Source of the DNA: Bacteroidia bacterium
Lineage (GTDB): Bacteria > Bacteroidota > Bacteroidia > NS11-12g > UBA955
Assembly: GCA_044373665.1 (NCBI GenBank)
Contig: JBIPNH010000002.1
Span: 3,421-67,420, forward strand
Direction of reading: 5' to 3'
Length of the DNA stretch: 64,000 nucleotides
Shown here: positions 10,163-19,843 of the stretch, one piece after another
How the letters are laid out: each line of letters starts with the position of its first letter
How positions within the stretch are numbered: position 1 is the stretch's first letter
Position numbers and translations under genes: made by a program
The notes under the pieces: model-generated
The model's database searches: none
Told to the model about the DNA's origin: nothing
Seen by the model: only the letters and a program-made list of their open reading frames with translations

Positions 10163-11800
10163 ATGTTAAATAAGAACAAAATTATATTATTGGCCATTTT
10201 ATCAGTTTCACTTCTTGGTTTTAAAGCGGCGGATGATTATTTTGAAATTAGTAAGCAAATAGAAATATTTGGTTCTGTTTATAAAACCGTAAACCGCGAT
10301 TATGTAGACGATGTAAAACCTGGAGATTTAATGAAAGTTGGTATTGATGCTATGTTAGCTTCACTTGATCCTTATACTAATTTTTATTCTGAAAGTCAGG
10401 CAGAAGACGCCATGATGATGCGAAGTGGAGAGTATGGGGGATTAGGAAGTCAAAGTGTAAAAAGAGGAGAATATACTTATATTACAAGTGTTTACAAAGG
10501 TTTTGCGGCTGACAAAGCTGGGTTGAAAATAGGAGATAAATTACTGGAAATTAATGGTAAAAGTTTCGTTGGTAAGTCCTCAGAGGAGGTTGGAAACGCC
10601 TTAAGAGGGGCTCCAAATACTAAAGTAACTTTGTTGGTAGAAAGAAATGGAGAGAAAAAACTATTAGAGATTTTCAGAGAAGAAATTAAAGTTAAAAATG
10701 TAACCTATTTTGGATTGGTTAATCCCGAAACGGGTTATATCCGTCTCGACCACTTTACAATGGGTGCAGGTGCTGAGGTAAAAGAAGCATTGTTGTCATT
10801 AAAAAGTAAAGGAATAAACAAGGTAATTCTTGATTTGAGAGACAATGGAGGAGGCTTGTTACACGAAGCGGTAAACATTGTAAATGTATTTATAGGTGGT
10901 GGTGAGTTGGTGGTATATTCAAAAGGACGTTCAGCTGATGCAAGTAAAAATTATAAAACCCTCGATCCTGCTACAGATGCCACTATTCCTTTGGTGGTGT
11001 TAGTGAACAACCGTTCTGCATCTGCTAGTGAGATAGTTTGTGGTGCTATTCAAGATTTTGACAGAGGTGTTGTAATAGGAGAAAATACATTTGGTAAAGG
11101 TTTGGTCCAAAATGTAAGACCCTTAGTGTACCGAACGCAAATGAAAGTTACGATTGCTAAATATTATATTCCGTCAGGGAGATGTATTCAAGAATTGGAT
11201 TATAGCAATAAAAGTAAAGATGGTAAAGCACAAGTAATGCCCGACAGTTTGAAAAAGAAATTTAAAACAAAAAACGGTCGAGAAGTATTAGAAGGTGGAG
11301 GTGTTCAGCCTGATATAGAAATCAAAAAAGAAGATAAACCCGAAATTGTAGACTTACTTGAAAGAAGTTATTTGATGTTTGATTATGCCACAAAGTTTGC
11401 TTCAAGCAAAGAGTCTATTCCTTCTGCTAGTCAGTTTGTGCTTACCCCTCAAATGTACGATGAGTTTGTTCAATTTGTAAAAATGCAAAAGGATATTCAG
11501 TCGAGCGAAACGGAGAAACAGTTAGAACAATTGAAAGTAAAATTAAAGGCTAAACCCAATGTAGAATCCATTCAATCATCAATTACAGCGATAGAAAAGT
11601 TTTTGTACGACTATAAACTACAAGAAATACAAAAGCATCAAACTAGCATCAGTCAATTGTTGGCGCAAGAGATTGTTAGGCGTTATGAATATCAAGAAGG
11701 TGGTTTTATTCAATCCTTTAAACACGATCAATACATCTTAAAATCGCTTGAAATATTCAATAACTCAATGCAATATCAGCAAATTTTAAATAAGAAATAA
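10163..11800 (+). CDS. S41-family carboxy-terminal processing peptidase with PDZ domain
   Basis: Signal peptide and a PDZ-like segment (GFAADKAGLKIGDKLLEING). S41 catalytic motifs are NRSASASEIV (Ser) and TFGKGLVQ (Lys). Confidence 0.9.
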   Translation: MLNKNKIILLAILSVSLLGFKAADDYFEISKQIEIFGSVYKTVNRDYVDDVKPGDLMKVGIDAMLASLDPYTNFYSESQAEDAMMMRSGEYGGLGSQSVKRGEYTYITSVYKGFAADKAGLKIGDKLLEINGKSFVGKSSEEVGNALRGAPNTKVTLLVERNGEKKLLEIFREEIKVKNVTYFGLVNPETGYIRLDHFTMGAGAEVKEALLSLKSKGINKVILDLRDNGGGLLHEAVNIVNVFIGGGELVVYSKGRSADASKNYKTLDPATDATIPLVVLVNNRSASASEIVCGAIQDFDRGVVIGENTFGKGLVQNVRPLVYRTQMKVTIAKYYIPSGRCIQELDYSNKSKDGKAQVMPDSLKKKFKTKNGREVLEGGGVQPDIEIKKEDKPEIVDLLERSYLMFDYATKFASSKESIPSASQFVLTPQMYDEFVQFVKMQKDIQSSETEKQLEQLKVKLKAKPNVESIQSSITAIEKFLYDYKLQEIQKHQTSISQLLAQEIVRRYEYQEGGFIQSFKHDQYILKSLEIFNNSMQYQQILNKK

Positions 11801-12618
11801 TGGATTATTTGTCGTTGTTATTCTTATTAGGGGCAGGCGTTTTCGGCGGAATATTATCGGGCTTGTTGGGTGTAGGTGGTGGATTGATTTTTATTCCTAT
11901 AATACAATACATTATTCAAGACAAAGTTGCTCCCGGAGACATTGTTTCATACACGATTGGCAATAGTTTGATGATTATTTTTATAGTTGGCTTGTCGGGG
12001 TTTTTAAAACAAAGGCAATTGAAAAATACAGATACAAAAGCCACTATTTATACAGGAATTGCCGCAGTTTGCTCTTCTTTACTTGTAACGGCATTGCTTA
12101 ATATTTTTGAAATTAACGATTTGTCTATATTTAAATCGTTTTTCACATTGGTTTTAATAGTGACAATCATTAGGGTACTTATTGGTCAATTTTCTAAAAA
12201 AAAAGATTCAGAAGTTTTAAATTTACCACCTTATAAAAAATTCATCCCTGCGGGTCTTTTTGCAGGAATAATTACATCATTAACAGGTTTAGGTGGAGGA
12301 GTAATAATGGTACCTTATTTTAACAAAATATTAAAACTTCCCGTTCGTTTTTCTACCGGTTTGTCATTGTCTGTTATACCTATCATTGCTTTACCACTCA
12401 TCATTTATTACATGGTTCAAAAGCCAGTTTTGTTGGTTTTTCCTGCCTTTCAAACTGGTTTTATGATGTGGGCAGCCATTATTCCATTGGGTTTGTCGGC
12501 GGCAATATCAGCAAGATGGGGTATCATTCTGGCTCAAAAAATGCGACCTTCAATTATTTTGTTTCTGTTTTTGGCTTTTTCACTGTTTACCCTTTTTAGA
12601 GTACTTTTTTTTAAGTAA
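11800..12618 (+). CDS. TauE/SafE-family sulfite/anion exporter
   Basis: 272 aa with about 8 TM helices. It has the duplicated motifs GVGGGLIFIP and GLGGGVIMVP. The ATG overlaps the upstream stop. Confidence 0.85.
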   Translation: MDYLSLLFLLGAGVFGGILSGLLGVGGGLIFIPIIQYIIQDKVAPGDIVSYTIGNSLMIIFIVGLSGFLKQRQLKNTDTKATIYTGIAAVCSSLLVTALLNIFEINDLSIFKSFFTLVLIVTIIRVLIGQFSKKKDSEVLNLPPYKKFIPAGLFAGIITSLTGLGGGVIMVPYFNKILKLPVRFSTGLSLSVIPIIALPLIIYYMVQKPVLLVFPAFQTGFMMWAAIIPLGLSAAISARWGIILAQKMRPSIILFLFLAFSLFTLFRVLFFK

Positions 12619-12678
12619 AAGAAGTTATTAGTATGTCGTTGATTTTTTGAGAATAATCTACTTTCTCAGCTTTCGACT

Positions 12679-15477
12679 TTATTGTTTGTTGATTTTGAAG
12701 GTTTGGATATTGTATTGGTCAATGATTCTTATTAAATAAGCACCCTTAATTAAGTCGTTTAGTTTTAAAGTTAATAATAGCTCGTTATGATATTGGTGAT
12801 ACACAATTTTGCCATCATAGCTCATTATTTCTACCAAGTACGATTTTCGGAATGGTTCTGTCCGATTAAACTGTAGTTGCAATAAGTCATGGAATGGAAT
12901 TGGGTAAACGGTAACTTGTTTTCCCTGTTTATTTGAACTGCATTCTCCAAGCTCTGTCTCGGTCAAATCGCCATTTTCTATTCCTCTTATTTGATAGTCG
13001 GAAAAAGTGTTATTGATGTTAAATACATAATTAGAAGCCCCCATTGTTTTTATACTTTCTATGTAAACCCATTCGTTGTTGAATAAGCCATACAGCGAAA
13101 GTTGATGATATTTATAGACATATTCATCCTTTAATTGAACTGTAACGTAATTGTCGGAACATGTTATATTGACTTCATCCAAATTAAGTGAGATACACGA
13201 AACAGTATGAATTAGAGTATCTAAAACAAAACAATTATTACTATGGTTGGTAATAGTTAATACCATTTCAAAAGTGCCGGTATTGGGATAAACAACTAAA
13301 CCTGGATTAATAAGTCCACTTCCAACACTATCATTAGGATTTCCGCCCTCAAAATTCCAAGTATAGATATAACTTGAAGGGTTTAGGTTTGTACAACTCC
13401 AAAATAAAGAATCGTTGCAAAAATTATAGGTTAGATTAACACTTTCCTTAACAGGTAAAGACAACGCACTAATGTTTAATGTGTCTTTAACAATACAGCC
13501 AGATAATGTGTCTTTTATTGTAAGGTATTTAGATTCGTTGCCAGTTATAGTAGTTGTAAGAGTTGGAGTTCTAACATTATTAGGCATCCATAAGTAGCTT
13601 GTATAGCTATTATTTTGTGACGGTAAATAGCCCAAAGTTACTGTGGTATTTAAGCAATACGATGTATCAGAACCTACATTAGAAAGCGGGATGGAATAAC
13701 TTATGGTATCAAAGAGGCCTTGACTTAAGTTGAAATATGTGCCACTATTGTTCACTTGTAGTTTCATGCCACGAACCATATATACATTGTTCCCTGTCAA
13801 AGGAAAACTATCGGTAAAGGATGGATTTACAGTTGTGCCAATTTCTACAAAGGTGCTGTCTATGTGTTTTGCCCTAAAAATAAGATATTGGTTTACCGCT
13901 GTGTCAGTAGGTTTTGTCCAAGACAATTTAAACCTTTGATTACAACTGTCTTGTTTCACAACAAAATCAGAGATTGGTTCTACAACATTTAAACGGGTTG
14001 TTGGGTCACCCATAAGAGCGGGATGTATTTGTAGGTAGCTAAAAGCTGTAGTTGGGTAAAGCAAATAGTTAGCATTTGTATCATAATTATACTGAGTTCT
14101 CATGGTGCTATAGCCAATAGTTTCACCCAAACCCATGTGATGAAAAAACCAATGTGGTCTGCCCACCCAAAAGGAATTTAGGACATGACCTTTGGCCGCT
14201 AATGGAGCTCTCAGAAGATTATTAGTATTGTCCCAATCGCCAAAATAACTGCCAAATAGACCTGTAAATACTGTTTTTAATTCTTGGGTTGAGGACGCCA
14301 TTTGGGAGGTGTTAGCAACAAACGAAGCACTAGAATATCCACCTGCACCAAATCCATAACTCCATTGGTAAGATTTTGTATTTAAAGTGCTCAAATAATC
14401 GAGATTAAAACAAGAGTCTTTGTTGATTAATGGTGCTGTATTTCTATAGGCATTGCCAGCAAAATGTTCGTCAATATATGGATAAGGGTAATTTAAAAGT
14501 CCAAAGTTGTCATCTATCAAGCATCTTGGAACAGTGGTAAAATTCAAATGCTTGTAATCGTGGTTTTTCTTAAAATAGCGCCTCAACAGTTCTCTTTCTG
14601 TTTCTGTGAATGATGTAAAATTTGATAAATCAATTCTTCCTACCCCAAGTTCAATTAATGTGGGCAAGGATGTTTGGTCAAATTTTCCATCAGATGGGTT
14701 GTTGTTATTCGCCGTTCTAGCGCCCAAGTTATTGGTTACTGCATTATCAGTCCAACTGGAACTATTTACATCACCATAGTATACATCGGCAGGCCAAGCC
14801 CCTTCATGACTAGGAGCAGAAAAAGTGGTGTGTCCATCGGGAGGAAAAGTGCCGGATGAAGAAAAGTTTCCTGAGTATGGAACTGCAACATCACCAATTA
14901 AACAAACACTTTTTACCTGAGTTGGATTTGTGTTGTATTCACTTACAATGAATGTCTTAATCGTTGACACACTAGTGCTAGGAGAAACCCACATTACCTT
15001 GGTAAACCAACCATCACCTGTCAAATCATTTTTGAATGTCCTTAAATCATTGGACAAAAACACGCGATGTGTACTGTCTATTATTAATAACAGTGTGCCT
15101 CGATGTTTGGTAGGTAAAACTCTGTGGCCAGCATAAATATAACCCTGTACTGAGTAGCCATCTTTACCAGTATCTTTTTCAAATCGGTACTCAAAATGAC
15201 TGCCGGTTGTAATGGTGTCGCTAAAGGTGGTGTCATTCATATTCAGGGTGCGGTAAGCACTTCCCCAAGTATAGGAGGTTTTTGATTTTCTGTAAACCCT
15301 TTGTGCCCTAGCTGTAGGAGGGGGATTTTTCCAACGAAAATCCAAAATTGATGTTGATGAATTTCGAACTCTTGATACACAGGAAACTTCCAAGTTATAA
15401 TCTCTTATACTTATACTTTGTGAATCAGCATTTATTAATACCAATTGTAAAATAATAATCAGAAGAATCTTTTTCAA
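12679..15477 (-). CDS. T9SS-secreted protein with peptidase-C25 (gingipain)-like region and type-A C-terminal sorting domain
   Basis: 932 aa with a TTG start and a signal peptide. The pattern VCLIGDVAVPYSG...ADVYYGDV...VGRIDLS resembles the C25 fold. The C-terminal KGAYLIRIIDQYNIQTFKINKQ is a typical T9SS CTD. The C25 assignment is from motif memory only. Confidence 0.6.
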   Translation of the reverse strand: MKKILLIIILQLVLINADSQSISIRDYNLEVSCVSRVRNSSTSILDFRWKNPPPTARAQRVYRKSKTSYTWGSAYRTLNMNDTTFSDTITTGSHFEYRFEKDTGKDGYSVQGYIYAGHRVLPTKHRGTLLLIIDSTHRVFLSNDLRTFKNDLTGDGWFTKVMWVSPSTSVSTIKTFIVSEYNTNPTQVKSVCLIGDVAVPYSGNFSSSGTFPPDGHTTFSAPSHEGAWPADVYYGDVNSSSWTDNAVTNNLGARTANNNNPSDGKFDQTSLPTLIELGVGRIDLSNFTSFTETERELLRRYFKKNHDYKHLNFTTVPRCLIDDNFGLLNYPYPYIDEHFAGNAYRNTAPLINKDSCFNLDYLSTLNTKSYQWSYGFGAGGYSSASFVANTSQMASSTQELKTVFTGLFGSYFGDWDNTNNLLRAPLAAKGHVLNSFWVGRPHWFFHHMGLGETIGYSTMRTQYNYDTNANYLLYPTTAFSYLQIHPALMGDPTTRLNVVEPISDFVVKQDSCNQRFKLSWTKPTDTAVNQYLIFRAKHIDSTFVEIGTTVNPSFTDSFPLTGNNVYMVRGMKLQVNNSGTYFNLSQGLFDTISYSIPLSNVGSDTSYCLNTTVTLGYLPSQNNSYTSYLWMPNNVRTPTLTTTITGNESKYLTIKDTLSGCIVKDTLNISALSLPVKESVNLTYNFCNDSLFWSCTNLNPSSYIYTWNFEGGNPNDSVGSGLINPGLVVYPNTGTFEMVLTITNHSNNCFVLDTLIHTVSCISLNLDEVNITCSDNYVTVQLKDEYVYKYHQLSLYGLFNNEWVYIESIKTMGASNYVFNINNTFSDYQIRGIENGDLTETELGECSSNKQGKQVTVYPIPFHDLLQLQFNRTEPFRKSYLVEIMSYDGKIVYHQYHNELLLTLKLNDLIKGAYLIRIIDQYNIQTFKINKQ

Positions 15478-15497
15478 AGAAATTGATTTTAGTTTGG

Positions 15498-15505
15498 CAA
15501 ATTTA
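15498..15505 (-). promoter_or_regulatory. -7 promoter box TAAATTTG upstream of C25-like T9SS cargo gene
   Basis: Perfect TAnnTTTG on the minus strand, 20 nt upstream of the TTG start at 15477. Confidence 0.4.
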
Positions 15506-15874
15506 ATAGGATTTGTATTACTATCATTAATAAATATATCATTATCAATTAATATTGTATAGTATAAAGAACAAAATGTAATTAGCGTTTTTTAAGCAAT
15601 ATCAAATTGTATTCTTTTTTATTCAAATTATTTATTCATATAACTAGTATTTGACAAACTTTTATTTAATTATTAAGAGTTTATATAATAAACATAATAT
15701 GGCTGTAAAAAATTAAATAAATAGTAAAAGTGCCATAGTTTAACTTTCATTTAAAAATGAACCATATTGTTATACTTAAATTTTAGTTTTTAATTTAAAG
15801 TTTATTAGCAAAAAATTAGTGAATGAAAAAGAAGATAAAGATGATAGTTAAAATTGTGTAAAAGATCAGCGACT

Positions 15875-18800
15875 TTATTCATTCTTTATTAATTTAAATG
15901 TTTGTACATTATTTTCATTAATTAGTTTGATGAAATACAACCCTATCGGCAAGGATTGTATTTTTATTGTGTTTATACCTTCAATTAATGTTTGTGAAAA
16001 GTATATTTTTCCATTAATATCAAATAGGTTAAATTGTGTATTAGGAATGAAGGTTTTGGAGACATCAATAATTAAATCTTCATTACCAATTGGATTAGGA
16101 TACATTGCAATTTTAAAAACATCTGACGATAATACTCCTAAATTTTGGACATTCCATTCATAAGCGCCAATATCATAAGCATTTTCATTCTTATTATTAT
16201 TTCCCCAATAGTCTCTATTTCCCATATTAATACCAAATAGCATTTGTAGATCTAAGCCAGAATTTCTACAAGGTGAAGTTTGACGAAAATGAAATGCATT
16301 CAATGAATCTGTCGGTTTGGGAAATAAGGTTAAAGGGCTTTTATTAATATCATTTAACATCGGGTTTAAGCTTAATCCTGTATTAATATTTCCATTTTTT
16401 TCGCAAAACGCTCCCCCATTTCGAAAAGCAGACAAAGAATTGAAATTATTGCCATAAGTTATAGAAAATGCTTCTTCGTTAGCATAATATAAATTGCCAA
16501 TAAATTTAGGATCTTGTGTTACAAAAGTTGTAGGAACTGTAACTAACGGTAATCCTCCCTTGGTATAAAATATATTATTATAACATTCAACTCCCGACAT
16601 GTTAGTTCCAAAATCGGTCATCTGAAATGCGCCAAATGAATTGTACTTATTTTTAGAAGATGGGGAGACGAAAATAGTATTATTATAAAATTTTAATCCG
16701 TTCCAACTAGTATTTGGAGCTGTAAATAGTGTTACGGATGAATTATTAGTTCGTGAATCATTTACGCTTATACAGTATCGAACAGAATTATTACCCCATG
16801 GTCTTGCACCGGCAAAATTTCCAAGTAAATATCCAGCTCCATCATTGTCATGTGAAAAACAATACTGTATAACAGAATTAGTAACACCACCATCTAAATC
16901 AAATCCCAATCCATCACAACCTGTTGAAGTTCCAGATGAATTGTGGTGACTTTCACAAAATTGAATAGTAATCGCATTGGCCGACCAAACCCATATTCCA
17001 CCAGGACCTCCACAAGCTGTATTCGCAGTTCCTGTATTGTATGCAACACAATGTTCAATTACACTTGAATCTATTTGTGATAATACGATACCACTGCCTT
17101 TATGAGTTGAAGCTGCATAACCAGTGATGTTATAAACTTCTGTATTTCTTATAATGAATTTTTTATGATGATAAAAATTAGTGCTTTGATTGTCGAATGC
17201 ATAAGATACTATTCCATTTTCTCTGCAATCATGCACTTTACAACCGTCAATAACAACATCTTTAAATCCTGCTTTCACATTCACATCCCAATTGGAATAA
17301 AATCGAATTCCACAAAACCCAAATCCACTTACTTCACAATTTTTAATAGAAATATTGCTCAAATACCCTGAGGTATTCGTTGTGAAAAACAACATACCAT
17401 CAATGTCTTTCTGTGTGCCATTTCCAGGACCTGTAAATTTGAGATTGCTAATGTGGAAGCCTTGAGTATTGGTCGCTTTTAATCCACATTTAGAAGTTAA
17501 TGTTGTGTTGATTGTAGCTTGACCATTACCATAAGTACTTATAATTATTGGTTTTAAAGCTGTATTACCATCGTTATTGTCAAACTCTAAATGACCAACA
17601 AATGTTTTCCCTCCCTCAAATAATATAGTATCTCCTGGATTAAAATTTTTGGTGTTGATTTTATCCAAACTTGTCCAAGCTGAAGAAATTGACAATCCAT
17701 CTGTATTATTTCCAGTAGTATTTACATAATATTTTTTTGAAAATTTGTTTATTGTACTGCCATCATTAAAAAGTTCTGCCAAACCTTGCGCATACCATCT
17801 TGCTAAATAATCATTTGGATGAAGTGAGTTTGATTGACAATGTTTAGCGCCTTTTCTTTTATAGATAGTATCGCTTAAAGTAGTCATATCAAAAACTGCA
17901 ATACCAGAAGTTTCCATACTTTTCAGTTGCGTTAAAAATCCATACATTAAAACATCGCCATTTGATGGAGATCCTTGGGAATTTACATCGGGCAACATAT
18001 TTCCAATAAGTATAAACTCCGTATTTGGGTTAGCATTCTTAATTTTATTGATGCTAGATTGCATGCTGTTTTTAAATTGAGTATTGCTTGTAGTCCCCCA
18101 AATGTCGTTCATACCCATGTCTAAAATTACTAAATCCGGCTGATTAGGGACCACCATACTTTCGCAATATTGATCAATCCATGCCACCATTTTTCCACCA
18201 CAAGAGCCATTAATCATTTTAATATCGGAACCAAATCTTGCTTCCAAAGCATTCTCTAATAAATCTACATAACTGCGCATGTATGGTTTGGTAGGTGTAA
18301 AGTTTTTATCATCACCTGCAAATCCACTTACATTTAGACCAGCGGTTATACTCATTCCATAAGCTTGTATGGTTAACGGTTGACCAGCTTTTAATTTTGC
18401 CATTGTTTTTGGCAGTCTGTCACCTTTGTATCCAAGCATAGATGTGTTAGTCCAATTTTTTCTGTTTGGTATATAGGTAATACATGTCCATGATGTAGCT
18501 TTAGTATTCATCAAACCATTGGGTTGACCGTTCCCTTTTTTTCCTGCAACGATTGAAACGCTTGAAGAAACTTTTGCAGTCAGTTGTTTTATGATATTCC
18601 CTGTTACTGAATAATCTATATTTTGTGTAAAAGGTTGAGAAAAATCGTAATTTGTCACAGAAATTATTTTCTGTGGTTCAAACATCAATTTTGCTGTACT
18701 ATTTATCCCATTTAAAAGGACTAATTCGTTATGAACAGTATCCGATTTCCAAAAGGGTTGGAGGTATTGATTAATATTGCAGGTAGGGGCATTAGATGTG

Positions 18801-19057
18801 TAATTAGGGAATTCATAATAGCCGCCATTACTTGGAGTCACCACTACCCATGCTGTTTTGGCCGGAGTTGCACTCCAACCCGCTTCTGTAGCATCCACAG
18901 AAAGGAGTAAATTGTCATTTATATCGTAGAACTTGCAACTACCACCGGCATAATATATAATGTTTGGTTTTGCTGCAACTGCACCAACTGGTGGTTGGGC
19001 AATTGTTTTAACTGCAAAAAGGAGCAGTGTCATAGTGATTAATGTTTGTTTTTTCAT
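15875..19057 (-). CDS. T9SS-secreted SGNH/GDSL hydrolase fused to right-handed parallel beta-helix domain
   Basis: 1060 aa with a signal peptide. The SGNH block is DLVILDMGMNDIW. Repeated beta-helix turns follow (NISIKNCEVSGFGFCGIRF, VIDGCKVHDCRENGI, IQFCESHHN, IQYCFSHDNDGAG). The C-terminal GLYFIKLINENNVQTFKLIK is a T9SS CTD. Confidence 0.7.
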   Translation of the reverse strand: MKKQTLITMTLLLFAVKTIAQPPVGAVAAKPNIIYYAGGSCKFYDINDNLLLSVDATEAGWSATPAKTAWVVVTPSNGGYYEFPNYTSNAPTCNINQYLQPFWKSDTVHNELVLLNGINSTAKLMFEPQKIISVTNYDFSQPFTQNIDYSVTGNIIKQLTAKVSSSVSIVAGKKGNGQPNGLMNTKATSWTCITYIPNRKNWTNTSMLGYKGDRLPKTMAKLKAGQPLTIQAYGMSITAGLNVSGFAGDDKNFTPTKPYMRSYVDLLENALEARFGSDIKMINGSCGGKMVAWIDQYCESMVVPNQPDLVILDMGMNDIWGTTSNTQFKNSMQSSINKIKNANPNTEFILIGNMLPDVNSQGSPSNGDVLMYGFLTQLKSMETSGIAVFDMTTLSDTIYKRKGAKHCQSNSLHPNDYLARWYAQGLAELFNDGSTINKFSKKYYVNTTGNNTDGLSISSAWTSLDKINTKNFNPGDTILFEGGKTFVGHLEFDNNDGNTALKPIIISTYGNGQATINTTLTSKCGLKATNTQGFHISNLKFTGPGNGTQKDIDGMLFFTTNTSGYLSNISIKNCEVSGFGFCGIRFYSNWDVNVKAGFKDVVIDGCKVHDCRENGIVSYAFDNQSTNFYHHKKFIIRNTEVYNITGYAASTHKGSGIVLSQIDSSVIEHCVAYNTGTANTACGGPGGIWVWSANAITIQFCESHHNSSGTSTGCDGLGFDLDGGVTNSVIQYCFSHDNDGAGYLLGNFAGARPWGNNSVRYCISVNDSRTNNSSVTLFTAPNTSWNGLKFYNNTIFVSPSSKNKYNSFGAFQMTDFGTNMSGVECYNNIFYTKGGLPLVTVPTTFVTQDPKFIGNLYYANEEAFSITYGNNFNSLSAFRNGGAFCEKNGNINTGLSLNPMLNDINKSPLTLFPKPTDSLNAFHFRQTSPCRNSGLDLQMLFGINMGNRDYWGNNNKNENAYDIGAYEWNVQNLGVLSSDVFKIAMYPNPIGNEDLIIDVSKTFIPNTQFNLFDINGKIYFSQTLIEGINTIKIQSLPIGLYFIKLINENNVQTFKLIKNE

Positions 19058-19125
19058 TTTATAATTTATTTTATAATAACAATAGCTTAATATTTTTTAC
19101 TAAAACATGTTTAATTCTATATTTT

Positions 19126-19138
19126 ATTTTGTATTCAA
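19126..19138. repeat. Left arm of 13-bp inverted repeat ATTTTGTATTCAA
   Basis: Exact reverse complement of 19241-19253. Both arms lie in the AT-rich divergent intergenic region. Confidence 0.6.
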
Positions 19139-19240
19139 AGTGGGATTTAAATTTTTTATAATGCGAATATATTTATTTTAATAAAATTTTAAAAATAATA
19201 TAATTAATAATATTAATACCTATATTTAATTTTAAAAAAA

Positions 19241-19253
19241 TTGAATACAAAAT
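19241..19253. repeat. Right arm of 13-bp inverted repeat TTGAATACAAAAT
   Basis: Exact reverse complement of 19126-19138. It lies about 30 nt upstream of the -7 box at 19284. Confidence 0.6.
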
Positions 19254-19283
19254 CACATTTTTTTATTCTAAACATTTTTTGTT

Positions 19284-19291
19284 TAAATTTG
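19284..19291 (+). promoter_or_regulatory. -7 promoter box TAAATTTG
   Basis: Perfect TAnnTTTG, 4 nt upstream of the ATG at 19296. Confidence 0.4.
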
Positions 19292-19295
19292 TAAG

Positions 19296-19766
19296 ATGAA
19301 CAGTCTTAAAATTACATTAATTGCTATAGTTTCACTCAGTTTTCAATCCCTTTTTGCGCAGGCGACTAAAATTGATATTAAATCGCCCCAAACTCAAACC
19401 AATTATCAAAAAGGAGACACCATTTTTATCTCTGCAGAAGTTAGTTCTGAAGCGGCTTTGCATGACGTAAATGTTGTTATTAGTTCTGAAAATGACAGTA
19501 ATATGGTTTATTTTAATAAAAATTACCATACACACGGTTCTCGTCAAACCATTCAACTGATGTATATTTTGTCTATTGCCGAAAAAGCTAATTTGCGATT
19601 GATGATTTCAACTTATAATCACGGTAATGTGCAAACTGCCAAAAAACAAATGGTGGTAAGATGCAATTATCCAAATGATAAAGGTAAGTCCGATACGAAT
19701 AAACCTTCTAAAAATGGAAAATCCAAAAAAGAAAAAAATACTAAAAAAGCTAATGGTAAAAAATAG
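19296..19766 (+). CDS. Hypothetical secreted protein with Lys-rich tail
   Basis: 156 aa with a signal peptide (LSFQSLFAQA), a beta-rich core and a C-terminal KGKSDTNKPSKNGKSKKEKNTKKANGKK tail. I recognised no family. Confidence 0.5.
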   Translation: MNSLKITLIAIVSLSFQSLFAQATKIDIKSPQTQTNYQKGDTIFISAEVSSEAALHDVNVVISSENDSNMVYFNKNYHTHGSRQTIQLMYILSIAEKANLRLMISTYNHGNVQTAKKQMVVRCNYPNDKGKSDTNKPSKNGKSKKEKNTKKANGKK

Positions 19767-19843
19767 AAAATATTGATATTTCTGTTTTGGGAAATAGTTA
19801 TTCTGGTTTAGTTTTTTAAGTCTCTTTTATAACTTATAATCAA

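Noticed and set aside
12196-12204. A9 homopolymer inside the TauE-family gene as a phase-variation switch
   Set aside because: It encodes an in-frame Lys run (SKKKDS) in a loop. Homopolymers of this length are common in DNA this AT-rich, and there is no evidence of a frameshifted variant.
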